Source: Lachnospiraceae bacterium (GTDB lineage: Bacteria; Bacillota_I; Bacilli_A; RFN20; CAG-826). From it: a DNA stretch of 64,000 bases. This document shows positions 9,750-17,708 of this stretch, in pieces. Below the pieces are notes generated by a model, which was not told the DNA's origin, made no database searches, and worked only from the letters and a program-made list of their open reading frames with translations. How positions within the stretch are numbered: the stretch's first letter is position 1; each line of letters opens with the position of its first letter. The stretch lies in contig CAVKAR010000004.1 of the NCBI GenBank assembly GCA_963654425.1, forward strand, positions 5,293-69,292. Direction: 5' to 3'. The translations under genes and the position numbers were made by a program.

Positions 9750-11417
9750 TTAATTTTTGGAGAGGACGAGCGGTATGATCATCGGGCTTCTTTCGGTCTT
9801 GCGGTAGACATACTTCGAGACCTCGTTTTTGACCACGCTTTTGATTTCTCCGATGGAGGCTTTTCTCGCGATAGCGGCTTTATATGCCTCATCGGCGTGA
9901 AGCTGAGTGTGACGCATTAAGTGCGTATTCTCGCCGCTTGCAAAACCACGGGCATAAACAATAGGAGGCAAAGCAGCCTCTCCTTTTTCGTTCATCGAAA
10001 GAAGAATAACGATAATTCCGTCGTTTTTGAGAATTTCGCGATCATGGAGAACGCTGCTCGATAACCCATCAAGATCGTTTCCGTCGATGTATACGTCTTC
10101 TGCAGGCACATGCCCTCCGCGAGTGACTACGCCGTCCTTGAGTTGCAGCACGTCGCCGTTTCCGCAGACGAAGATGTTGTTCTCTTTCATGCCCAATTCC
10201 TTGGCTACTTCACCGTGGAGTTTAAGCATTCGGTATTCGCCGTGCGCTGGCATGAAATATTTAGGGTTCGCTAATTTCAGCATCAGACGCAATTCCTGTC
10301 TGGAAGGATGGCCCGAGCTATGGAGGGAGAAAGCGATGCCGTTGGTCTTCACATCGGCCCCCTGTTTAACAAGGTTGTTTACTAATTTATCGATCAGAGC
10401 GCCGTTTCCTGGGATTGGATTCGAAGAGAAAACGATGGTATCGCCATTATTTATGTGAACGTTTTTATGATCGCCGTTGGCGATGCGTGATAAAGCCGCC
10501 ATGCTTTCGCCTTGCGAACCTGTGCAAAGGATGCAGATTTCGTCGCTCTTGTAATTGCGGATATTCTCATCGCTGATGATGGAAGAATCCGGGATTTTTA
10601 TGTAGCCATAATCGCGAGCGATTCCTACGACCGTTTCCATGCTTCTGCCCAAAATGCAGATTTTGCGCCCATGCTCAACGGCGACCTCAACGACTTGCTG
10701 GATACGGTTGATGTTGCTTGAGAAGGTGGAGACAATGATTCTCCCGGGGGCTTTGTCGAAAATCTCCTCGACGCCGCTTCTGACGTGTCTCTCGCTTGGC
10801 GTATATCCTTCGATTTCGGCATTGGTGGAATCGCTTAATAAAAGGCTGATGCCCTCATCGCCGAATCTAGCGACTTTGCTGAGTTCGAAATTCGGCCCGA
10901 CTGGCGTTAAATCTATTTTGAAATCGCCGGTGTCGAGAATCCTCCCCTCGGGAGTGTCGATGCAAATGCCAAAAGAATCGGGGATTGAGTGGGTGACGCG
11001 GAAAAAGGAAACCTTGAAGCTATCATCCACTTTGACGATGGTGTCGCTGTCGTATTCAACGATTTTGACCTGATCTTTGATGCGGGCGTCCTCTAATTTG
11101 TGGCGAATGAGGGCAGCCGCTAGACGAGGAGCATAAATCACAGGGATATTCACGCTTCTGACTAAAAAAGGAATGCCGCCGATATGGTCTTCATGGCCGT
11201 GCGTGATGAAAAGCGCTTTGATTTTGGACCGATTGTTGCGCAAATACGTATAATCCGGAATCACGTAATCAACGCCGGGCAAATTGGATTCAGGAAAACG
11301 AACTCCGGCATCTATCATGATGATGGAGCGTTCGCTCTCGAAACAATAGGTGTTTTTGCCAACCTCCCCCAAACCGCCGAGAGCAAAAATCTGTATAGGT
11401 GTGTTTGATTTAGACAT
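9750..11417 (-). CDS. rnj: Ribonuclease J
   Basis: IFALGGLGEVGKN, metallo-beta-lactamase HGHEDHIGG, beta-CASP region and RNase J C-terminal domain. I trimmed the start to ATG 11417 (MSKSNTPIQIF...). Confidence 0.9.
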   Translation of the reverse strand: MSKSNTPIQIFALGGLGEVGKNTYCFESERSIIMIDAGVRFPESNLPGVDYVIPDYTYLRNNRSKIKALFITHGHEDHIGGIPFLVRSVNIPVIYAPRLAAALIRHKLEDARIKDQVKIVEYDSDTIVKVDDSFKVSFFRVTHSIPDSFGICIDTPEGRILDTGDFKIDLTPVGPNFELSKVARFGDEGISLLLSDSTNAEIEGYTPSERHVRSGVEEIFDKAPGRIIVSTFSSNINRIQQVVEVAVEHGRKICILGRSMETVVGIARDYGYIKIPDSSIISDENIRNYKSDEICILCTGSQGESMAALSRIANGDHKNVHINNGDTIVFSSNPIPGNGALIDKLVNNLVKQGADVKTNGIAFSLHSSGHPSRQELRLMLKLANPKYFMPAHGEYRMLKLHGEVAKELGMKENNIFVCGNGDVLQLKDGVVTRGGHVPAEDVYIDGNDLDGLSSSVLHDREILKNDGIIVILLSMNEKGEAALPPIVYARGFASGENTHLMRHTQLHADEAYKAAIARKASIGEIKSVVKNEVSKYVYRKTERSPMIIPLVLSKN

Positions 11418-11552
11418 AGAAATAACGATCCTCGATAAACGACACAACGTCTTATGGACGACTTTGTTGGCCTTAATATAGCATATCGGCAAAACTTTTC
11501 ATCAAAAAAGGGGACATTTTCAATGAAAGAGGTTTCATTTAGGAGATGCGCT

Positions 11553-12449
11553 TCACTTATTCACTGATCTGACTCTTTTTTCCAGAAAAAAGGTTGCCCA
11601 AAGATAAACCGAATAAAAGAAAGGAGGAAGGATGAGAAGAAAAGGGGCGAGATTGAGGCTGCAGACGGCATCGAAACGGAAATAAGGCTGAGCCACGATT
11701 ATGATGATGTTCGGAATCAGACAAAAAACGATCAAAGAGGAAATCATCCCAAGAAGAGCATAAAGCGATATGGCTGAAAGAACGATGGCTTTTTTCCTTT
11801 CCGGGGCTGAATCACCGCTTTTGAAATAGAGATCATAAGCCAGAAACAGAGGGGTAGCGATCATCACGATAAAAAATGGCATAAGGCACGAGAAATAAGG
11901 GTTATCCCAATTAGCGAAAGCGAATCCCCAAATGAGAGCGCCAATCATATAGAGCGAAACGAAAGCGCTAAATAGCCTCAGCAAAGATGAGACGATGCTT
12001 TTGTTTTTTTGGTGCGATAAAGGCAAAAAATGCTTAGATGCCCTCCCCAAATACAGATATGTGCCTATCCCTGCGCTCAATAAGGAGATCATCAAAGTGT
12101 CGAGCGGGAAAAGCGGGGCAAGCTGCCCTTCGACTAAATCCGAGAAGACGCCAGTCGCCAGATAAACAAGATCGAGCGTGATGACGTAAATGGATATCCC
12201 GATAATCACCGCCCCATTCGTCTTGGACTTTCTCTCAAGCGAGTCTTCGTTTTCAGCGTTGCATAACCGATGAAAAAGAAAGAGATAGTAGGTTGGAAGA
12301 AGATATGAAAAGAAAGCCGGGATCAATCTATAACCGGTTACGAAAGCACTTGAAAACATATCCAAGGCTATATAAAAGAAAGGGAAAAAAGAAATGGCGG
12401 CGAGAAAGAAAAGCAGGATTTCGATAATGCCGCTAAATGATTTTTTCAT
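11553..12449 (-). CDS. Hypothetical polytopic membrane protein
   Basis: 298-aa ORF with about 8 hydrophobic segments. It overlaps the upstream metallophosphoesterase gene by 4 nt (same operon). I do not recognise a family. Confidence 0.5.
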   Translation of the reverse strand: MKKSFSGIIEILLFFLAAISFFPFFYIALDMFSSAFVTGYRLIPAFFSYLLPTYYLFLFHRLCNAENEDSLERKSKTNGAVIIGISIYVITLDLVYLATGVFSDLVEGQLAPLFPLDTLMISLLSAGIGTYLYLGRASKHFLPLSHQKNKSIVSSLLRLFSAFVSLYMIGALIWGFAFANWDNPYFSCLMPFFIVMIATPLFLAYDLYFKSGDSAPERKKAIVLSAISLYALLGMISSLIVFCLIPNIIIIVAQPYFRFDAVCSLNLAPFLLILPPFFYSVYLWATFFLEKRVRSVNK

Positions 12450-13516
12450 GCTCTTTTGATCTCTTTCTCATACGTTAAGGAATAATCGCTGCTGTCCAAG
12501 AAGAAATGCTTTATCGAATAGGAGGCATCGGAGTTGATGGTGTATAAAGCTCCGCCGGTCATCTCGTAGCCGTTATTCGAAACGCCATAAAACAATTCCT
12601 TGTCCGCTTTAACCCCATACCCTATCGCGACACCGTTATATTCGCCGACCCAATCGTTATCGTGATCATGCCCAAAGAAGATGCCTTTCATTCCGCGCGA
12701 TGAGGCTTGAGAGAAAAAACCAGTGTTCACTTTTTGCGGGCAAAACGGGATAGGACCACCCATTTTGTCTGAAAGCTCGCTTATTTTCTTGTACGTAAAT
12801 CTTTTATGGATTTCGCCAACTAAGCCCTTTTCATCATTCAAATAGGCATCAACGATTTCCCATAATGGGATATGGACGAAGCCGATGGAGGGAATATATG
12901 ATCCCCCATTAGCGTCTTTGCCTTTTTCCGCTTCATCGACGTACCATTCGATTTGGTCTTCTTTTAGGTAATCGTAATAATAAATGCCATTGATATTAAT
13001 GACGCTGTGACTATCAAACGAATAGACCTGAAAGATTGTCTTCCCGTCTTTTTTAAGATTTACGAGGTTATCAGACATTCCGCTTTTCGAGGTTGAATAC
13101 GCATACGAATTTAAGCAATATTCGCTTGCGTATATTTTACTCAATAACCACGATTCGCTGTAAAATCCCTGCAAATCGTGGTTGCCAAAAAGGAAATAAT
13201 AAGGAATGGACCAACTGTCAAACAAAGAAAAAAGAGTGTTTGCGACCCCTTTTGTGGCATTCAAAAGGGAGTCTCCGGTCACCATAATCAAATCAGGGCT
13301 CGCATAGTTAACAGACGCGGTCAAAAATCTGCTTTCTTTTCTTACATCAGTCGCTGTGGAAAAATGGATATCTGTCAACTGCAGCACTTTAAAAGTTGAG
13401 CCAACGAAGTTCAACGACTGGGAAGTATCGCGATTGATTTTCCCGCCTTCTTTACGAAGAGAACAGCTAGATATGGATATAGCGGCAACGAAAATGAGAA
13501 AATTCTTTTTGCTCAT
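12446..13516 (-). CDS. Calcineurin-like metallophosphoesterase, probable lipoprotein
   Basis: Lipobox ISISSC after a basic/hydrophobic signal. Phosphoesterase motifs DIHF, GDSLLN, GNHD, GFVHIP, GHDHDND. Confidence 0.75.
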   Translation of the reverse strand: MSKKNFLIFVAAISISSCSLRKEGGKINRDTSQSLNFVGSTFKVLQLTDIHFSTATDVRKESRFLTASVNYASPDLIMVTGDSLLNATKGVANTLFSLFDSWSIPYYFLFGNHDLQGFYSESWLLSKIYASEYCLNSYAYSTSKSGMSDNLVNLKKDGKTIFQVYSFDSHSVININGIYYYDYLKEDQIEWYVDEAEKGKDANGGSYIPSIGFVHIPLWEIVDAYLNDEKGLVGEIHKRFTYKKISELSDKMGGPIPFCPQKVNTGFFSQASSRGMKGIFFGHDHDNDWVGEYNGVAIGYGVKADKELFYGVSNNGYEMTGGALYTINSDASYSIKHFFLDSSDYSLTYEKEIKRA

Positions 13517-14058
13517 ATCGCAACGGCGCCAGGAAGAGGTCTATCCGGATTCTTTTTATCGATGTGGTCATAGAAAAGAATGCCATCGAGGTGATCTATT
13601 TCATGCTGAAGGACGATAGCGTCGAATCCTTTGGCTTTGATTATGACTTCTTCTCCGGTTGACGCTTCGATCGCTTTGACGGTTATGCGGTAGTCACGAT
13701 GTACCAAACCAGGGTGCTCTTCATCCACTGAGAGACAGCCTTCTCCGCTTTGGAGATAGCATTTTTTGATGCTATTTGCGACGATTCGCGGGTTCACCAA
13801 CATGTGCTCGACGCATTCTTCTTCGTTGATAGGGTAATATATGACAAGCATTCTTTTGCTCACCCCGACTTGCGGTGCGGCTAGGCCTATTCCCTCGCGT
13901 ACCTTTGGATGGGATTTGCGAAATTCCTCATTTTGCGAGTCTTTGAGATATTGTTTCATCTCGAATAGCAGCGTTTTGTCTTCTTGGGCGAGGGGTAGCG
14001 GTACCTCTTTGCTTTTCGCGCGCAGAGAGGTCGCGTTGTCTTTGATGATTTTTAACAT
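13513..14058 (-). CDS. def: Peptide deformylase
   Basis: GIGLAAPQVG, EGCLS and HEIDHLDG motifs. Confidence 0.95.
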   Translation of the reverse strand: MLKIIKDNATSLRAKSKEVPLPLAQEDKTLLFEMKQYLKDSQNEEFRKSHPKVREGIGLAAPQVGVSKRMLVIYYPINEEECVEHMLVNPRIVANSIKKCYLQSGEGCLSVDEEHPGLVHRDYRITVKAIEASTGEEVIIKAKGFDAIVLQHEIDHLDGILFYDHIDKKNPDRPLPGAVAI

Positions 14059-14064
14059 GGCATA

Positions 14065-14073
14065 ATTGTAGCA
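14065..14073 (-). promoter_or_regulatory. Extended -10 box TGCTACAAT, 6 nt upstream of the def ATG (leaderless-type)
   Basis: The minus strand reads TGCTACAAT, TATGCC, ATG(14058). No SD. Confidence 0.4.
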
Positions 14074-14109
14074 CTCCCCAGAATAGACGCGCGAGAAGCA
14101 CTTTCTTTT

Positions 14110-14118
14110 TGCTATAAT
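14110..14118 (+). promoter_or_regulatory. Extended -10 box TGCTATAAT, 9 nt upstream of ATG 14128 (leaderless-type)
   Basis: TGCTATAAT, ACGTTCACG, ATG. No SD. Confidence 0.4.
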
Positions 14119-14127
14119 ACGTTCACG

Positions 14128-14496
14128 ATGGACGAGAGAATCTATAAAGAATTGGATAAACTGAAGACAGCGATGAAAGAAGATGAAAGATTTCTTCGTT
14201 TGTCTATGCTAGAGACGCGTCTTGAGGAAGACGAAGAAGTGATTGAACTATCCGCAAAATTGAAAAGCAAAGAAGAAGCTTATTCTTTTTCCCTTTCCGT
14301 CTTTGATAAAGGGAGCGAAGAAGCAAGGAAGGCCCAAAAAGAACTTTATGAAGCCAAAAAGGAGCTTGATTCATTGCCTTTGGTCAAAGAATATAACAAG
14401 GCTTACACGGAAGTGCGCGATTTGTATATGCGAATTGATGATATCCTCTTTTCCCCTTTCAGGCATAAAATTTTGAAAATCGGCTCATATGATTAG
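14128..14496 (+). CDS. YlbF/YmcA-like helical protein
   Basis: 122-aa coiled-coil-rich protein with a PLVKEYNKAYTEVRDLYMRIDDILF tail resembling the Com_YlbF family. The synteny ylbF-rsmD(ylbH)-coaD matches Bacillus. Confidence 0.5.
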   Translation: MDERIYKELDKLKTAMKEDERFLRLSMLETRLEEDEEVIELSAKLKSKEEAYSFSLSVFDKGSEEARKAQKELYEAKKELDSLPLVKEYNKAYTEVRDLYMRIDDILFSPFRHKILKIGSYD

Positions 14497-15043
14497 CATT
14501 GGTGGTGGTATTTACCGAAGCAGGAAAATCAAGGTTCCTTCTTATCTTGACGTTCCAAGCAAATCGATTGTAAGGCTGGGGGTAGCCAATGCCTTATCAT
14601 CTTATATTGCGCGTGCGCGCGTGATGGATTTATTTGCAGGCAGTGGGGCGATGGGGATAGAGCTTCTTTCAAGAGGAGCTTCTTTTTGCCTTTTTTCTGA
14701 CATCAATAAAGAAAGCGTTTCGGCAATTCGCGATAATTTATCGTCATTAGGAATCGAGGAGGCCGAAGTAAAAATCGGCGATTATAGGGATATTCTTCGC
14801 TCTTGTGCAACGAACAACGATCAATTCGACCTCGTCTTCGTTGATCCGCCATACAAAGATAAGGAAGCATATGAATTTTGCTGGGCTTATATCAAAGAGA
14901 ATAAAATATTGACGGAAAACGGCATTCTCGTTTTTGAATACGAAGGCAATCTCGTCTTCGATGATCAATCTTATTTCAAAGAAAAGAGATCGTACCGCTA
15001 CGGGAGAACGGGCGTTACGATATATTGGAGGAATCGTGTATGA
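14489..15043 (+). CDS. rsmD: 16S rRNA (guanine966-N2)-methyltransferase RsmD
   Basis: SAM motif DLFAGSGAMGIE and the N6/N2-MTase motif VFVDPPY. It overlaps coaD through ATGA. Confidence 0.85.
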   Translation: MISIGGGIYRSRKIKVPSYLDVPSKSIVRLGVANALSSYIARARVMDLFAGSGAMGIELLSRGASFCLFSDINKESVSAIRDNLSSLGIEEAEVKIGDYRDILRSCATNNDQFDLVFVDPPYKDKEAYEFCWAYIKENKILTENGILVFEYEGNLVFDDQSYFKEKRSYRYGRTGVTIYWRNRV

Positions 15044-15519
15044 GAATCGGTGTGTATCCAGGGTCTTTTGACCCGGTGACGAATGGCCATATTGAATTAA
15101 TCAAAAGAAGCATAAACCTATTCGATAAGGTTATTTTCCTTTTGGCGGTCAACCCTTCCAAAAAAAGCGTGTTTTCCGTCGATGATAGATTACGCATGAT
15201 GAAAGAAGCGACCAAGGAATACCCGAATGTGACCGTTGACTTTTACCCAGGCCTCATTGTTGATTATTGCCGAAAAGTCGGAAGCTCTTATATCATCCGC
15301 GGGCTTCGCGCCGTCACTGATTTCGAGTATGAATTTCAGATGGCTGCCGCGAATGAATTCGCCGATCCCTCAATAGATATGGTGTTCTTCATGTCTAGGA
15401 AAGAAGAGACGTTTATCTCTTCCACGGCGATAAACGAGTTATTCGATGGCGGAAAAGATATCTCATCTTTAGTTCCTCCAATCGTCGTAACGATGCTAAA
15501 AGAGAAGAAGAGACGCTAA
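15040..15519 (+). CDS. coaD: Phosphopantetheine adenylyltransferase
   Basis: MRIGVYPGSFDPVTNGH (HxGH-type nucleotidyltransferase motif), ISSTAINE. I trimmed the start to ATG 15040. Confidence 0.95.
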   Translation: MRIGVYPGSFDPVTNGHIELIKRSINLFDKVIFLLAVNPSKKSVFSVDDRLRMMKEATKEYPNVTVDFYPGLIVDYCRKVGSSYIIRGLRAVTDFEYEFQMAAANEFADPSIDMVFFMSRKEETFISSTAINELFDGGKDISSLVPPIVVTMLKEKKRR

Positions 15520-15578
15520 TTTTCGCGCCACCTTCAATGCTTTAGCGAACACTGCCGATGCCTTATTTATAGGCAAAT

Positions 15579-15606
15579 AAAAAAGCCGCGGCTTTGCGCG
15601 GCTTTT
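15579..15606. terminator. Bidirectional rho-independent terminator between convergent coaD and the Trx-like gene
   Basis: AAAAGCCGCG-GCTTTG-CGCGGCTTTT. The GC stem 15585..15590 / 15597..15602 is perfect, with an A-run on one side and a T-run on the other. Confidence 0.6.
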
Positions 15607-15619
15607 GATAATCGGCTGC

Positions 15620-16483
15620 TTAAGAGGCTTTGTAAGCGCTGGAGAATGGGTTTTGGGTATCTACATCAAGATGGTTCCACATATTGATGAGGACTTTTGC
15701 TCTTTCTGCATCAGTATCGCCAGACAAACCGAAGAGCACTTCGCATACGCCTCCGCGTCCTTCTTTGATGGCGTTTTCAGTGAAATCCACCAAAAGGATG
15801 GTCGGAGTGGAGAAATTGGTGGAATCCGGCATCTCGTAATAGCCGTAATTGGTATCGGAAGCATCGACGTTATCTTTATAAGGCGCTTCGCGCAATTGAC
15901 TAGAAGTCGAATTGAAGAAATCCAAATATCTCCCTAAATAGCGGTGAAAGGCCGTCGTATCGTTAAGCGTTTCCGAATAATCATCATCATTGGTGGAATC
16001 TTCATCAGCGAAAATCGTGTAGAACTTAAAGGAATTTCCATCGGTTGCGATGTATTTGCTTCCCCATTGTTCGCTTAGATACTTGAAACCGTCTTCGGCT
16101 TTGTCGCATCCATCGCAATCACTCGAAGTATAGATGAAAAAGAACTTCTCGCCATATTCGGAAGAAACGGCGACATCGCCATTATAGGCTTTGAGAGTGT
16201 TGTTGTAGATGTCTTCCGTTATTAAGTCAGCTTCCGTTTTGTAATCGCCTTCTTGATTGTACATGCTGGCATCGAGCTCGCCATCAAGACTCTTCTTGGC
16301 TGAGTTGAAGAAGGCGCCAGTTGAAGCGTATCCCCAGCTGGAAACCCAATCCGTTATGTAAGGGATCGAGAAAATGATGGCGAAAATCGCACCGACGATG
16401 AGCAAGGGCTGAACCCAGGCCGTCTCTTTTATCCAACGCCATATTTTAACGAAGAAGGCACCTATTGTTTTTAGAACGATCAT
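15620..16483 (-). CDS. Membrane-anchored thioredoxin-fold protein (CxxC = CDGC)
   Basis: I trimmed the start to ATG 16483 (SD GGAGGA 8 nt upstream). One TM helix (PLLIVGAIFAIIFSIPYI). FFFIYTSSDCDGCDKAEDGF, then a later TPTILLVDF (cis-Pro strand), fits a Trx-like fold with a long insertion. Confidence 0.45.
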   Translation of the reverse strand: MIVLKTIGAFFVKIWRWIKETAWVQPLLIVGAIFAIIFSIPYITDWVSSWGYASTGAFFNSAKKSLDGELDASMYNQEGDYKTEADLITEDIYNNTLKAYNGDVAVSSEYGEKFFFIYTSSDCDGCDKAEDGFKYLSEQWGSKYIATDGNSFKFYTIFADEDSTNDDDYSETLNDTTAFHRYLGRYLDFFNSTSSQLREAPYKDNVDASDTNYGYYEMPDSTNFSTPTILLVDFTENAIKEGRGGVCEVLFGLSGDTDAERAKVLINMWNHLDVDTQNPFSSAYKAS

Positions 16484-16643
16484 CGCTACATATCCTCCGA
16501 AAAAGTCCAATAAAAAATCGACTTGATAATCATAGCATCGCCCCTTTATAGTGGCAACAATCGATTTATATTGCCCATCTACGATGGGAATCGCTACGGT
16601 TCTTATAGTTTTGGAGAAGAAAACCGCTATAATCATGCCTTGT

Positions 16644-17702
16644 ATGCAAATCAAAGATGAAGAATTGAAAGTCAGGGGCAAGGTCAAAAATTGGCTCTAT
16701 GATCACGTTGCCGTCAAAACATGCTTGGAATACTTTTGGATATTGCTCGTTTCGACGCTGAGCGCTTTCATTTTTGCCTTTGGTTTCAACTGCTTTATGG
16801 ATGTCAGCGGACACTTAATCGTGAATTCGGCTGGCGAATCCGTCCCTGCCCCGAATATCGTCTCTGGCGGAATCAGCGGCGTTTCTCAGGTTTTGGTTCT
16901 TTTCTTCGAGCTTTGCGGATGGAAGATCAATGATACGCATTTGGCTTACTCGATCATTTATTTCGCTGTGAATGTGCCGCTCCTGATCCTCGCCTTTGTC
17001 AAAATCGGGAAACGCTTTGCCATTTTCAGCTTGATCAATGTAGCCGAAGTATCCTTGTTTATCAGAATATTCAGCGTTTCCGCCATTCCGGCTTTTGGCG
17101 AGGTATTCGAGTTCGTGACTACTTATGGCGGAGGGCTGATCGGCCGTGTGCTTTTTGGCGGAATCTGCATCGGCCTATCGAGCGCTTTGGCTTTTTCCAT
17201 TGATATATCAACGGGAGGCGTTGATATAATCGCGACATATATCGCCACGAAGAAAAACACGATGGTTGGCTTTTATAGCGCTGCCGTGAATACTGTTACA
17301 CTGGTTTGCTATACGTTGTTATCAATGTGCCTTGCTCATTGGGATTCACAAGAAGTCGCCCATGATATCGCGCGGGCCTTCTATAGCCTTTTATATCTAT
17401 TCACAGCCTCTCTCGTCATTGACAAAATTCATCTCAGGAACAAAAAAGTCAAATTGGAAATCGTTTCTTCAAACGAAGATATTGCAAGCGTTCTTGTCGA
17501 AGCCTTTCCGCATGGCGCCACGATCGTGGAAGGGAAAGGCGTTTATTCCGGCAGCAAACGCTACGTCATAACGATGGTCGTTTCGAATGATGAAGTGAAA
17601 CCGCTTGTCAATCTGATAAGAAAAGAAGACCCTTCAGCCTTTATTGAGCTATCGCCACTATCTCAAGTTTATGGTCGTTTCCACGTCAAGCCGATCAAAT
17701 AG
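16644..17702 (+). CDS. YitT-family membrane protein (C-terminal DUF2179-like domain)
   Basis: Five or six TM helices, then VEAFPHGATIVEGKGVYSG...YVITMVVSNDE...AFIELSPLSQVYG. The start is uncertain. ATG 16644 lies 10 nt after TATAAT (16628..16633); ATG 16635 and the ORF-track start 16551 are alternatives. Confidence 0.8.
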   Translation: MQIKDEELKVRGKVKNWLYDHVAVKTCLEYFWILLVSTLSAFIFAFGFNCFMDVSGHLIVNSAGESVPAPNIVSGGISGVSQVLVLFFELCGWKINDTHLAYSIIYFAVNVPLLILAFVKIGKRFAIFSLINVAEVSLFIRIFSVSAIPAFGEVFEFVTTYGGGLIGRVLFGGICIGLSSALAFSIDISTGGVDIIATYIATKKNTMVGFYSAAVNTVTLVCYTLLSMCLAHWDSQEVAHDIARAFYSLLYLFTASLVIDKIHLRNKKVKLEIVSSNEDIASVLVEAFPHGATIVEGKGVYSGSKRYVITMVVSNDEVKPLVNLIRKEDPSAFIELSPLSQVYGRFHVKPIK

Positions 17703-17708
17703 GCTGAC

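Noticed and set aside
9750-11492. N-terminal extensions suggested by the ORF track, here and at 202..942, 8757..9209, 15025, 15620..16687, 39090, 42063, 44556..44963, 45149..45964 and 59195..60940
   Set aside because: Internal ATGs coincide with conserved family N-termini and with SDs, -10 boxes or stop-start coupling. The extensions overlap neighbouring genes or intergenic promoters.
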